Shown: positions 9,590 through 19,792, counted from the stretch's first letter. The stretch: DNA of 64,000 nucleotides from an uncultured virus (IMG/VR IMGVR_UViG_3300020180_001139) (IMGVR_UViG_3300020180_001139); one strand, 5' to 3'. Numbers and translations are program-made. Notes: a model not told the origin generated them from the letters alone.

Positions 9590-10077
9590 AAAGTTATTTA
9601 AAAATCTCCATAATAAGGAGAGTTTTTGAATTTATCGGAGTTAAGTTTTTTGTTCCAAAACAGCAAAATGAGTTTGATGACGCATTTAAACTGTCCAGAA
9701 CCATAACTATCGAGGGAGAAGACGACTCGGCCCCCGTGGATAAGCCTCTATGGGGAGGTAGATTTGAGATATCATCATTTTTCCTTGAATTTATCGTTGT
9801 CGACTTATCTTCTGAGGGAGAAACGGAATTCGCTCTTGTGTTTCGAGCGAATGACATGTCAACATATGGGTTGAGATTGGCAGACCCGCCCGAAACTGCC
9901 GGGCAGTTTCGATTCCAGGCAGAAAATTCTTGGGTAAATGTGTCTGAATCTCTAATGTCTCAAGTATTGACCGGCATTTTGAAGTTGTCTGAATTGCCAG
10001 GTAAATGGACTTCCATCGAAGACCCGACACCATTGGTCGATTCTCTGATTGAGTTCATAAATTATGGAGATGAATGA
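9586..10077 (+). CDS. Hypothetical protein
   Basis: Translationally coupled ORF. Confidence 0.65.
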   Translation: MKSYLKISIIRRVFEFIGVKFFVPKQQNEFDDAFKLSRTITIEGEDDSAPVDKPLWGGRFEISSFFLEFIVVDLSSEGETEFALVFRANDMSTYGLRLADPPETAGQFRFQAENSWVNVSESLMSQVLTGILKLSELPGKWTSIEDPTPLVDSLIEFINYGDE

Positions 10078-10535
10078 TGCGTGGAAAAAACTTTGATGTC
10101 GGTTTTATTTCGGAATTTGTTCAAGAATGCTGTTCGGAAAACAAAACATCTCCAAAAGATATTTCTTCAGAAGCTCGGATCCGTTTGGATCGGATCGACT
10201 CCGAACTTCGAAGAATCGAAGAATTAAAGCTTAAACGTTCCAAACTTTTGGATGTCATTTCTTCTTTTAATGTAGAAGAAGAGACTACTGATAATGAGCA
10301 GAAATTCTCATCAAATGATGCTGTTCGACTCAAAATGAGTCCAGAAATTATTTCGAATATACGTAATAACAACAATGCCAGCGATATTAATTTATTGATC
10401 CAGGTCTTCGGCGCGACTGAAAAAGCTGAACTGTTCTATACTTTAAAACAGTTATGTGAGAGCGGCGTTCTCTTGAGGACCAAGGATCGAAAGTTTGTTC
10501 CGGGGCCGAATTGGCCGGAAGAGACTCAAGTATAA
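10074..10535 (+). CDS. Hypothetical protein, possible C-terminal winged-helix domain
   Basis: Coiled coil, then LFYTLKQLCESGVL..TKDRKF. Confidence 0.55.
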   Translation: MMRGKNFDVGFISEFVQECCSENKTSPKDISSEARIRLDRIDSELRRIEELKLKRSKLLDVISSFNVEEETTDNEQKFSSNDAVRLKMSPEIISNIRNNNNASDINLLIQVFGATEKAELFYTLKQLCESGVLLRTKDRKFVPGPNWPEETQV

Positions 10536-10724
10536 TGCCTTCATACACTGATGAAATGCCGAATAGTGAAATCAAACTCATGAAGTCTGATGAAATCAAG
10601 CAGCATATTCAGAATATCAAAGTTGAGAAATACCTAATTAACAAAAAAATTTGGGCATTAGAGTCGAATGCTATATCGCTCCGTGAAGAATTGATTAATC
10701 GAAACGAAAAAATATACTGAAATT

Positions 10725-11039
10725 ATGGATTTAAAAGGCAAGTCCAGAGAGTATACCTTTAAAGAAAAGGTCACGGCGCAGGTATGCCGTGTCACGGGTG
10801 TGTCGCAACCACACGTGACAGCAATTATTAATTTTTTATTAGAAGAAATAACTAGAGAGTTAGAACGTGGGAATAAGGTAAAATTAAAGAATTTCGGAAC
10901 ATTTGAGCTTAGGAAGATGAAACCTAAAGCTTATGTGAATGTTGTGACGAAAGAGAAGGTCAAAGTAGAACGGAATCGAGTATTACGTTTTACTTTGGAA
11001 GATAGTTTTAGTTCTTATGTATCAAAATTATTGAGGTGA
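10725..11039 (+). CDS. hup: HU/IHF family DNA-binding protein
   Basis: KVKLKNFGTFE, NVVTKEKV, LRF. Confidence 0.85.
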   Translation: MDLKGKSREYTFKEKVTAQVCRVTGVSQPHVTAIINFLLEEITRELERGNKVKLKNFGTFELRKMKPKAYVNVVTKEKVKVERNRVLRFTLEDSFSSYVSKLLR

Positions 11040-11042
11040 CGC

Positions 11043-11450
11043 ATGGCACAAAAAGGCCCTAAACAGATAGTTTTTGTTTGTTCAGCAATACAGAACGCTA
11101 AAATCGTTAGCGAGATTATAGAAAAACGCACGACTGATGAAGCCTGTGAAGTATTTATGGCTAAATTTCAGGTGCGCCCTGAAATAGTTCAGGGGCCGTT
11201 TTATCGGAAACGAACTGGGGTTTTGCAGTCCCAAACGGACATCAAGTTTAAGGGTGAACACAAAAACGCACTTTATGAAGGTTGGGTCGTTACGGCGTTG
11301 TTTTTAGAGCAGCCCGCAGAGTGTGCTTGGTTATTTTTCGAATTCAATATAGAAAATAAAAAGGCTCCCAAGCCAAAATCCATCATAGTTAGGGAAGATT
11401 CTTTGAAGTTTTTAACAACCGAAGAATTTTCAAGCTATAAAAACAACTAA
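11043..11450 (+). CDS. Hypothetical protein
   Basis: GAGGTG SD; clean ORF. Confidence 0.65.
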   Translation: MAQKGPKQIVFVCSAIQNAKIVSEIIEKRTTDEACEVFMAKFQVRPEIVQGPFYRKRTGVLQSQTDIKFKGEHKNALYEGWVVTALFLEQPAECAWLFFEFNIENKKAPKPKSIIVREDSLKFLTTEEFSSYKNN

Positions 11451-11470
11451 ACTATCTGAAAGCATAACTT

Positions 11471-11827
11471 ATGAATAAAGTATTTTTGAATAAAATTGAA
11501 AAAGTTTTACAAGAACGACGTCAAATTCTTTTAAAGAAACCTGAAAAAGTTATTGATATAGATATAGATGGCGATGAAACCGATGAAATTCAGGGAAAAA
11601 TTCTAGCTCATATAACGGCTCAGATTACGGTTCGTGAAATCCATCTATTGGATCGGATCGAGCGGGCTCTATCCCGTATTCAAAACGGGACCTTCGGAAA
11701 ATGTGAAGAATGTGAAGAAGCGATTGCAGAAAAAAGATTACTAATCAATCCTGAATTTACAACTTGTATTTCATGCGCGTCTTATAATGAAATGCAAGAA
11801 GAAAAGAGGGTAAGAGGAATTAGGTAG
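11471..11827 (+). CDS. dksA: DksA/TraR C4-zinc-finger transcription factor
   Basis: Coiled-coil tip DETD; IERALSRI..GTFGKCEEC..I..RL...P....CISC. Confidence 0.9.
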   Translation: MNKVFLNKIEKVLQERRQILLKKPEKVIDIDIDGDETDEIQGKILAHITAQITVREIHLLDRIERALSRIQNGTFGKCEECEEAIAEKRLLINPEFTTCISCASYNEMQEEKRVRGIR

Positions 11828-11831
11828 CAAA

Positions 11832-11890
<59 letters not shown>

Positions 11891-11894
<4 letters not shown>

Positions 11895-12478
11895 ACACAG
11901 TCATCACAGAAAAGACTGCATCAGGAGAGGTATCGTACGATATATTTTCAAAACTAATTAATCATAGAGTATTGTTTCTTTACGATGATATCGATAATGA
12001 GGTTGCTACTGATTTGGTAGCAACCTTGCTTTTTTTAGACTCCATAGATCAAGTCAATCCCATAACTATTTATATAAACTCTGAAAGCGGCGATATACGC
12101 AGTATCCTGATGATTTATGATGTGATCGCGATGATCAAGGCACCGATTCAGACAGTTTGTATCGGTGCCGCTATGTACGCTCCGATTCTGATCCTTGCTG
12201 CTGGAACAAAAGGGTACCGTTACGCCACGAAAAGCTCTTGTATGTGTGTTTCGGCACTCATTCCTGATTCCATAACTTCTGGAGATATAACTAAAACCAG
12301 AAGTGATTTTGAGCAAATAAAGAAAGAAAATACAACATTTATTGAAATATTATCTAAACTTACATCAAGAAAACAAAACCTAATTATTAAGGATTGCGCA
12401 AAAAGACTATTTCTGACACCTTTACAAGCAAAACGATACGGACTGATTGATCACATTATTCGATGGCACAAGAAATGA
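11891..12478 (+). CDS. ClpP paralog lacking the catalytic triad (ClpR-like)
   Basis: ClpP fold motifs (YDIFSKL..R, YINSESG, YGLIDHI); Ser is replaced by Tyr (GAAMY), His by Ser (MCVS), and the Asp is absent (CAKRL). Confidence 0.85.
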
Positions 12479-13047
12479 TTGAACTGAAAAATATAGAAGA
12501 TTGCGAGATAACTTCACATTCAGATATTTATGAAAAATTTTCACATAATAGAATTATATTTTTATCAGAAGACATAACTAAAAAAACCGGAAGTATATTT
12601 TCTGCATTTTTACTTTACTACAATAGTCAATCTGCAACCAAACCTATAAAGATATTTATTAATTCAGAAGGAGGCGATGCTACGGCTCTTCTGAATATTT
12701 ATGATGTTTTACAGATGATCAAGGCTCCGGTCGAGACGATATGTATCGGAAAAGCTTATTCTTCTGCGGCAATTATATTATCCGCAGGAGCAAAGGGTAA
12801 AAGATTTGCAACAAAAAACGCCCATTTGATGATTCATGGATTGCAAATTGAAATGGATATGGGAACAAATTACGATAAAATAGATACTGAATTGAAACAA
12901 TTGGAGGCTGATAATAGATTGTTGATGAATATTTTGGCCCGGCATACTGGAAAACATTATAAAACTTTAGAAAAAGATTGTAAAAGAGATCTGTTTTTGG
13001 ATCCTGGCATGGCTATGGAATATGGATTGATTGATCATATTATATAG
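12463..13047 (+). CDS. clpP: ATP-dependent Clp protease proteolytic subunit
   Basis: GKAYS (Ser), LMIH (His) and KRDLF (Asp): triad intact. Confidence 0.9.
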   Translation: MAQEMIELKNIEDCEITSHSDIYEKFSHNRIIFLSEDITKKTGSIFSAFLLYYNSQSATKPIKIFINSEGGDATALLNIYDVLQMIKAPVETICIGKAYSSAAIILSAGAKGKRFATKNAHLMIHGLQIEMDMGTNYDKIDTELKQLEADNRLLMNILARHTGKHYKTLEKDCKRDLFLDPGMAMEYGLIDHII

Positions 13048-13075
13048 GGATAATGACAGATTTCAATGAGGAACG

Positions 13076-14773
13076 ATGCCCCGACGCCGCAAACCATCTA
13101 AAGATCAGGATACTGAAGCACTTTTAGTGCTTAAAGACAAATTCAATGATTCGGCCTCATTGCTTATTGATCAGTTGATTGCCCTTAAACGTGGAATAAA
13201 TGGCCGTGGAGATTCGTCCTACGGAATACCTCCAGGCAAAATAAATGAACCGCTTCCGAGCAAGGTACCTCAAACATTAACTGAAGTTGTTTCAAACTAT
13301 AAATTTTTATCTGATTTGGGCCTGGAAATTATACATAGGCAAGAAACTCTAAGTAAACGAAATAAAAATGCTTCATTAGAATTTTTAGTTGCCGAGGGTA
13401 CATCCGCTATATCTAGGGGTTTATTTAAAGCAAAATCATTATTTAATACTAGTCCTGATGTTAAAGCATCACGGGATATTTTAAATCTTTTGAATCAATT
13501 AAGATTATTGAATATTGACTTTCAGGATGAGTCGGTAACTTCATCTAACGATTCTTCCAAATTAACAGATTTTTATAGTGAAATGTTAAAACTAACGGGA
13601 GGCATTAATAGAATATACGTTAATTCTGGAGTCAATAGTGATAATAAAAATGATTTTTACGGAATGGAAAATATTGATCCGTCAGAATCTAAACTTAAAT
13701 TTTATGAACGTGAATTTAGCGCGGCCGATATTATCGGAGTAAAGAAATATAAATCTAAATTTACCATGCTCGTTCAGCAGTTTAAAAAATCTGGTGAAAT
13801 TGATCGTAATATGGTTATGGAACAAATTGATGCGCTGTATAAAGATCTTTACAATTCATTAAAAGAAAAATATACAAACGTTGAATGGAAAACTATAAAT
13901 GATCTTTCTACTTTAGTTCCTTCATTTTCTGTAGAAGAAGAAGAAAAACATAACAAAGATTCAAAACAAGATCAGGAAAATATAGAGAAATATAGAGAGA
14001 AACTATCTTTTCTAGACACTGAATTCGTAATGGCAGAGATTTTAGGATTTAAAAAATATAAACCTTCATTCAAACAACTTGAGTCATTATTCTATAGAAC
14101 TGATAATCATGAACAAGTTATGAATCAGATGGAATCGCTGTATCAAAAACTTCTTCAAGAAGCAAAATTAAAATATGGTCAAGTTAAATTTGATAATTTA
14201 TCAGACCTGGCGTCTAAAGTTAATGAACTGAAAACTTCCAATCAGATCAATCAGATGGAAGTCATGGCTCACAATGCTATGACGAGGTTTATAAAAAAGA
14301 AACTTTTAGATTATTCTTTATCCGATCCAACTTCTTCTACACGAGTAAATCTTTTCGATAAATGTAAAGATTTAAACGTAATGATAGGATCACTTATGAA
14401 TTCTATTGAACGTTTTGATAATTTAAAAAATCAATTATCTATTTGGGAAAATATTAAAAAATCTATAAGTGATATCAAGACAATTTATCAAACTCTAATA
14501 TTTTTGATTCAAAACAAAAAACAACCAGCAAAATTACCTGCACCTAAATCATCATCCAAAATCGCGTCGATTTATCTCGCCCACGAGGAACGCACGGCAT
14601 ATGTGCTGGCTAAGACGGTGGAAGTATTCGGAAGTCTCGATAAAGCACACCAATGGCTCAAAAAGCCAAATCGTGCCCTTGGCCAGATACCACTCTGCAT
14701 GCTCGACACCGACATCGGCACAACTGTCGTTCTTAATGAACTAGGCAGGATCGAGTATGGCGTTTTCGGATAA
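13076..14773 (+). CDS. Large helical protein with an internal repeat and a C-terminal Xre/MbcA/ParS antitoxin toxin-binding domain
   Basis: C-terminus VFGSLDKAHQWLKKPNRALGQIPLCMLDTDIGTTVVLNELGRIEYGVF; internal duplicated unit EF..A.I.G.KKYK..F...VM.Q...LY. Confidence 0.7.
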   Translation: MPRRRKPSKDQDTEALLVLKDKFNDSASLLIDQLIALKRGINGRGDSSYGIPPGKINEPLPSKVPQTLTEVVSNYKFLSDLGLEIIHRQETLSKRNKNASLEFLVAEGTSAISRGLFKAKSLFNTSPDVKASRDILNLLNQLRLLNIDFQDESVTSSNDSSKLTDFYSEMLKLTGGINRIYVNSGVNSDNKNDFYGMENIDPSESKLKFYEREFSAADIIGVKKYKSKFTMLVQQFKKSGEIDRNMVMEQIDALYKDLYNSLKEKYTNVEWKTINDLSTLVPSFSVEEEEKHNKDSKQDQENIEKYREKLSFLDTEFVMAEILGFKKYKPSFKQLESLFYRTDNHEQVMNQMESLYQKLLQEAKLKYGQVKFDNLSDLASKVNELKTSNQINQMEVMAHNAMTRFIKKKLLDYSLSDPTSSTRVNLFDKCKDLNVMIGSLMNSIERFDNLKNQLSIWENIKKSISDIKTIYQTLIFLIQNKKQPAKLPAPKSSSKIASIYLAHEERTAYVLAKTVEVFGSLDKAHQWLKKPNRALGQIPLCMLDTDIGTTVVLNELGRIEYGVFG

Positions 14774-15122
14774 TCCGATGCATCTAATAAATATAAATGA
14801 TATTTTCCTGCCAACCATTTTAGCAGAAACTGAACTAGATCATGAATTTGGATTGATGTTTGTTAATCAACCAGAATCAATGACATTCAGGTATTCTGAG
14901 GCCAGGATAGCCAATTTTTGGATGAAATGTACACCTGAGCCTTTAGATATATTGTTTTGTCACGATAATAAAATAAAAAAAATTGCTCACGGTACACCTT
15001 ATTCATTAGAACTGATCTGTAGCGATGAAATCTGTGATATGGTGGTGGAGCTGCCCGCAGGAACGTCCGAACGATTGGGATTCGTCGAAGGATCAGACGT
15101 CCGGATGATCTCGGATCGTTAA
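14757..15122 (+). CDS. DUF192 family protein
   Basis: GLMF, FWMKCT..PLDILF, VVELPAG; the true start may be 14778. Confidence 0.85.
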   Translation: MAFSDNPMHLININDIFLPTILAETELDHEFGLMFVNQPESMTFRYSEARIANFWMKCTPEPLDILFCHDNKIKKIAHGTPYSLELICSDEICDMVVELPAGTSERLGFVEGSDVRMISDR

Positions 15123-15208
15123 AAAGTTCTTTAGATCAATCGATCTAACGCGTCGTGTCAGGCGCTTCCGGACCTTGCATTAGGCGTCGCGTCTAATACA
15201 GTGAGGGT

Positions 15209-16270
15209 ATGGGCGATCCTGTTACGGGTGCGATGGCTGTCGAGCGTGTGCGTCAACTCAATGATATTCTTAGGGGATTTAAGGTCAAGGCAACATGCCA
15301 GAATTACGAAAAGATTCGAAATATTTCGCTCTATGACGTTCGTCTTGAATTCGGAGGAAAGGTCCGGGATATTGAGAAGTATTCCCGTGAGATCGCAATG
15401 GCGCTGAAAAGCCATACCGTTCCGATTGTCAAGCCGATTACGGCGAAAGGAATTGTTAGACTTGAAGTAGTGGATGAGGATCCCAAAGCTATCCATTTTG
15501 AGGATCGAATGGATCATCTTCCGATGCCCGTGGGAGTATTGCCATTCTATCTTGGAGAAACCATTGATGGCAATCCGCTGTGGGTGGATATACATGATGC
15601 TCCGCACATGTTGATCGCCGGAGCAACGGGTTCTGGCAAATCTACGCTTCTCCATACGATCGTTCAGAATACCTATAATTTCTGTCAGTTGAATGTTTTC
15701 CTGATGGATACGAAGCAGATTGAATTCAATCGATATGAGGGACAAACTTCTATTGAAGTTGATTATACGTATCGTGATTGTCTGGATAGACTCATGACTA
15801 TTTACGACCAAATGAACAATACGTATGATTCGATCCGAAATGGCGGAGACCAGGCTAATTACTATTCAAGCATTAACTGTGTCGATCCGTATACGTTAAT
15901 TGTGGTGGACGAGTTTGCAGACTTGATCATGCAAGACGAGTCGGATAGGCTTTATGAGGTTGTTTGCAAGATCGCTCAGAAGGGGCGTGCTGCGGGGATC
16001 CACATGGTAATTGCCACGCAAAGACCTTCTGTCGATATTTTCCGCGGAACCATTAAGGCTAATTTTCCGACCCGAATTGCCTGTCGAGTCAGTTCAAGGG
16101 TTGACTCGCAAGTAGTTCTGGATGCGCCCGGAGCAAATCACCTTCTTGGGAAGGGTGATGCTTTGATCCGTAACCACCAATACGATTGTTTGCGATTTCA
16201 GTCAGCAATCGTCAATCAAAATGAACGAACAAATCAATACGTTTCGTCAACGGCTCCCCAACATCACTGA
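15209..16270 (+). CDS. ftsK: FtsK/SpoIIIE family DNA translocase (soluble motor domain)
   Basis: PHMLIAGATGSGKS, VVDEFADL, GRAAGIH, ATQRPS, LLGKGD. Confidence 0.92.
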   Translation: MGDPVTGAMAVERVRQLNDILRGFKVKATCQNYEKIRNISLYDVRLEFGGKVRDIEKYSREIAMALKSHTVPIVKPITAKGIVRLEVVDEDPKAIHFEDRMDHLPMPVGVLPFYLGETIDGNPLWVDIHDAPHMLIAGATGSGKSTLLHTIVQNTYNFCQLNVFLMDTKQIEFNRYEGQTSIEVDYTYRDCLDRLMTIYDQMNNTYDSIRNGGDQANYYSSINCVDPYTLIVVDEFADLIMQDESDRLYEVVCKIAQKGRAAGIHMVIATQRPSVDIFRGTIKANFPTRIACRVSSRVDSQVVLDAPGANHLLGKGDALIRNHQYDCLRFQSAIVNQNERTNQYVSSTAPQHH

Positions 16271-17645
16271 TCATGACATCAATGCTCTGATTGATTCATT
16301 TTTCATAGCGTTTCCTGATAAAATCAGTCATTATTGTCAAAAAACATATACCGAAGTTACGCCGGTTTCATTGGCCGCATTCAAGGCTCTTCTTCAAGAA
16401 GAACTCTCGAATGCGGTCATTTCGTTTGTAAATAATAACTATAACTTTGAAAACCTCAAAGCATACCTGCTTGGAACCGTCAGGGCAGCATCTAAAAGAT
16501 TATTAAAATCAGACAAGAAAACAAAATCTTCTTATGTTTGCCCCGGGTGCCGTTTTTATGAAATGACTACGATTTTAGAAAATCGTAAAAAGATTTTATA
16601 TTGCAATAATTGCAATAACAATTTAATTACCGAGTCTTCTCCAGAGAAGATAAATTTATCAAAAATATTTGCAGAACATTCGACACAGGGACACGGGTGT
16701 CCTGACTGTTCTAGATTTATTCCTAAATCATTAGTTTTTGATAAAAACTATACCGTTTCTTGTCCGTACCCTGATTGTTTTTTTTCAGGAAATGTCAATG
16801 ATCTTATCTCCATGTCTCATCCAAGATGCATGGCTTCGATAGAACTATCGATCGATACAGGTTTTTTGCACACGATCGGCGTGGGGCGCTGCTCCGCCAT
16901 TGATCGCCTCCAGGACCCGGGAAGACTTTCTGGCCGTACGTCGGTAGACCGGAACAGCACTACTGATGCACGATTGGTTGTGAATTCAGATTACCATAAC
17001 TATCTTTCTGTATTATTGAGTGTTATAGATAACCAGCAGAAATCATTAAGATTTAATCGCGAATGTACGCTTCTACATAAATCTTTAATGTACGACGCGT
17101 ATCGAAAAATGATTAATTTGTATCCAGAAATTATGGTTTCGTATCTGGTACATTTGAATCGCCAAGGTCTTCAACATAAGATATTTCAAGAATACGTGAG
17201 ACTTTTAGAACAAAATCTACCATATTCATATATTCGCAATAATGAAAAAATTGTCATAACATCTCTCCTGGATAAATCTTTATGTGTTTTCGATGGAGTG
17301 AGTGAATTCAGCGCTACCGTTGATGAAACGAGTGAAATTAAAAACGGCACCAAGGAGATGTATGTAGGGGGCCGAACAGGTTTTTACTACAAACCTTATT
17401 TCATTGGAAAAATTCTTGATATTAAAGATCAGCATGATTGCTCTATATTGGATCAATTACAAGAATATAGCTTTTCTAAGATCAAACTGAAGCCTGAAGT
17501 TAGAGGAACGGTATCAGTTAAACATTTGAGAATTTCACCACATTACCAGATGGGAGGTTTAGTTTACCTAAACAGGATAAGACGAAAAATAGTTGATAGT
17601 GTTTACTATAAACTTAATGGTAAAAAAAGACCTGTATCGAGATAA
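16221..17645 (+). CDS. Hypothetical multi-zinc-finger protein with a possible sigma70 region-2-like N-terminus
   Basis: CPGC, CNNC, CPDC, CPYPDC; LLQE..AV..F....F...Y....VRAA..R. Confidence 0.55.
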   Translation: MNEQINTFRQRLPNITDHDINALIDSFFIAFPDKISHYCQKTYTEVTPVSLAAFKALLQEELSNAVISFVNNNYNFENLKAYLLGTVRAASKRLLKSDKKTKSSYVCPGCRFYEMTTILENRKKILYCNNCNNNLITESSPEKINLSKIFAEHSTQGHGCPDCSRFIPKSLVFDKNYTVSCPYPDCFFSGNVNDLISMSHPRCMASIELSIDTGFLHTIGVGRCSAIDRLQDPGRLSGRTSVDRNSTTDARLVVNSDYHNYLSVLLSVIDNQQKSLRFNRECTLLHKSLMYDAYRKMINLYPEIMVSYLVHLNRQGLQHKIFQEYVRLLEQNLPYSYIRNNEKIVITSLLDKSLCVFDGVSEFSATVDETSEIKNGTKEMYVGGRTGFYYKPYFIGKILDIKDQHDCSILDQLQEYSFSKIKLKPEVRGTVSVKHLRISPHYQMGGLVYLNRIRRKIVDSVYYKLNGKKRPVSR

Positions 17646-17665
17646 TTCCCTGAATTGCAGCGCAT

Positions 17666-17875
17666 ATGCATACTAAAAAAGTAACAATAGATTGGGATGA
17701 TGTCGAGCGCGAGCTTGGAACAAATGAAGGTACAGACGATGTAGAGTCGATAATTCATGAGATAGCTCACGTTTTTGACTGCGCAAAAGAATAAGTATTT
17801 TCTTATGTAGGCAAACAATCTGAAGTAAATGAAATTGTTTTAGAAACATATCCAGATCAAATTTTAGTAAAATGA
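17666..17875 (+). pseudogene. Small HExxH-motif ORF interrupted by an in-frame TAA
   Basis: MHTKK...IIHEIAHVFDCAKE*VFSY...ILVK*; TAA at 17792-17794; the terminal TGA overlaps the next ATG. Confidence 0.6.
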
Positions 17876-18219
17876 ATAATTGTGTTAATTGTAACAAAGA
17901 AATTGAACCGGTGTTGATCGGGTGTTCTGTCGCGCAGCTGCCCGTCCTTCCAGAACCCCTTTCGCTCAAGCACGGTCCACTTCTGATCTCGGTCGAGAAG
18001 TGGTCGGACGGGTCTGTGATCGCCCGGCTTCCGGCGACACGACTCCACGCATACGGCGACACGGAGGCATCGGCGCTCGCGGCGCTTGCCGAAGACATCG
18101 CAGAGGCGGTCGTCGACCTAACGACTGGTCCAAACGGGACGGTCCGTCTCGGCGGAGCAATGCTCGATACGTGGCGTGCGCTCTGCGCGCTGATCGAGGG
18201 CCCCGGTCTCGATGGATGA
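17872..18219 (+). CDS. HicB-like antitoxin-domain protein on a GC-rich segment
   Basis: SVIARLP..RLHAYGDTEASALAALAEDI matches the HicB N-domain pattern; GC jumps abruptly from about 17905 to 18216. Confidence 0.55.
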   Translation: MNNCVNCNKEIEPVLIGCSVAQLPVLPEPLSLKHGPLLISVEKWSDGSVIARLPATRLHAYGDTEASALAALAEDIAEAVVDLTTGPNGTVRLGGAMLDTWRALCALIEGPGLDG

Positions 18220-18560
18220 TAAATATCAGCATATCTCGGTTAAAGGAATGGCTTGGTACGTCACGGCATTTGTTTGCTCGTGCGGAAAGACCGCGAGTAA
18301 GCCGGGAGCAAATAATGATTAAAGATAATATCAACATTTCATCCGTAATAGAAAAGCCACCTAACAACGATAAATATACATGGACTTATGTTTCCGGAGG
18401 ATGGTTGCAAATCCATACTGGTCATAAATGTAAAACTCCAGGATTTCTAATTAGATTGATATACAGTATTAATCAATATCAGATATGGCGCTGCGGAGTA
18501 TGCGGGACCGAATATCAATGGCTAAATAGTGATAATTATTATGAATGGCGGAGGCTTTAG
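18216..18560 (+). CDS. Hypothetical zinc-ribbon protein
   Basis: HKC...WRCGVCG; the start may be a downstream ATG. Confidence 0.5.
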   Translation: MINISISRLKEWLGTSRHLFARAERPRVSREQIMIKDNINISSVIEKPPNNDKYTWTYVSGGWLQIHTGHKCKTPGFLIRLIYSINQYQIWRCGVCGTEYQWLNSDNYYEWRRL

Positions 18561-18561
18561 A

Positions 18562-18759
18562 ATGATTCGGCATTATCCACAAACGCCTCGTTATCCGACC
18601 GATGAAGATATCGATCGTCAGAATGAACAGGCTTACAAATGCCGTGCGTGCGATAAATGGTTTTTAGTAAGAGAAAAAGATAAAATTGATGACAAATCAT
18701 TAAAGGAAAAATACGTCACGTGCCCATGTGGCGCGAAGAAAGTAATTGTAGGTTATTAA
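18562..18759 (+). CDS. Small zinc-ribbon protein
   Basis: GGAGG SD; CRAC...CPCG. Confidence 0.65.
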   Translation: MIRHYPQTPRYPTDEDIDRQNEQAYKCRACDKWFLVREKDKIDDKSLKEKYVTCPCGAKKVIVGY

Positions 18760-18778
18760 CGCTGATTCGGTATAGCAA

Positions 18779-19072
18779 ATGAACGACTATATTATTTGCA
18801 AGTTTTGTAAATCTACTGCTATTATCACTGCCGGTACTACTACTTGTTATAATTGTGACGTTCAATTTAATTCATTCGCAATTACTTATTATATTTATGG
18901 TCCATTTTATTATAGCTTGGTTATGTATTTAAATAAAGAAATTACCATTAAACAAGGTTCTAACGATTTTTTATTAAAACAAATTATTATTCCGTATGTA
19001 TATCCGGAAACTAAACCGGAAGATGCTTTATCTTTAGCGAAACAGATTTATAATCTATCGGCTTTGGCATGA
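18779..19072 (+). CDS. Hypothetical CxxC protein
   Basis: CKFC...CYNC. Confidence 0.6.
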   Translation: MNDYIICKFCKSTAIITAGTTTCYNCDVQFNSFAITYYIYGPFYYSLVMYLNKEITIKQGSNDFLLKQIIIPYVYPETKPEDALSLAKQIYNLSALA

Positions 19073-19425
19073 TATTAAATACCCGTATACCTAGACCGCC
19101 AGGAGACGAATATAAATCATATTGTCCATTCTGCGAAAATAATCTAGCTACAGATGGTGAAGAGCCAGACGGTATGTATAACTGTAAATATTGTGTCCCC
19201 GGCGTTAGATTCATATGTCGAGGAGCTATCAATAAACCAAAAGTCGCTTATACTCAATTCAGTATCGATAATTATATTATAGAGTTAAATCATGATGATC
19301 AAATTTGTAAATTATTTAAATGTAACAGGTTTAAACCTTTAATATCTTTGAATTACATTCCCATGATTACACCAGTAAATTGTAATGAATGGTTGGACAG
19401 ACTGCTAAAACTAAGGTTTTTATAA
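19069..19425 (+). CDS. Hypothetical CxxC protein (probably related to the preceding ORF)
   Basis: CPFC...CKYC; similar C-terminal organisation (IP..TP/KP...W/L..LL.L). Confidence 0.6.
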   Translation: MILNTRIPRPPGDEYKSYCPFCENNLATDGEEPDGMYNCKYCVPGVRFICRGAINKPKVAYTQFSIDNYIIELNHDDQICKLFKCNRFKPLISLNYIPMITPVNCNEWLDRLLKLRFL

Positions 19426-19460
19426 AAGTCTGAATTAGAAAGTAGTGGTAGTAATAATTA

Positions 19461-19769
19461 ATGGCCTGGACGCCTGATGATGTACAGAATATAGGAGAGC
19501 GGCACAGACGGTATTTGGAAGATACGTTTGCTAGGTGGCAACGCGCCAAAAAAGATACAGAACAAAAATCACGACAATATCAACGTGAATGTTGTTGGTG
19601 TTTTTATCGTGGTGGTCTAGCCGGTGCAGCTTTTACGGAATGGTCATGTCGTTCATGTGAAAAGCCACAAGTCATGCATCCCAACACAGCTGTACCTGCG
19701 TTGTGTAATGTTTGCGCAGATTATCTATCAGCGTGTGTACATTGTGGCGGAGCACGAGAGTGGGCCTGA
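19461..19769 (+). CDS. Cys-rich hypothetical protein
   Basis: Four CxxC pairs. Confidence 0.6.
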   Translation: MAWTPDDVQNIGERHRRYLEDTFARWQRAKKDTEQKSRQYQRECCWCFYRGGLAGAAFTEWSCRSCEKPQVMHPNTAVPALCNVCADYLSACVHCGGAREWA

Positions 19770-19792
19770 TACATAGAAAAAATGATTAAATC

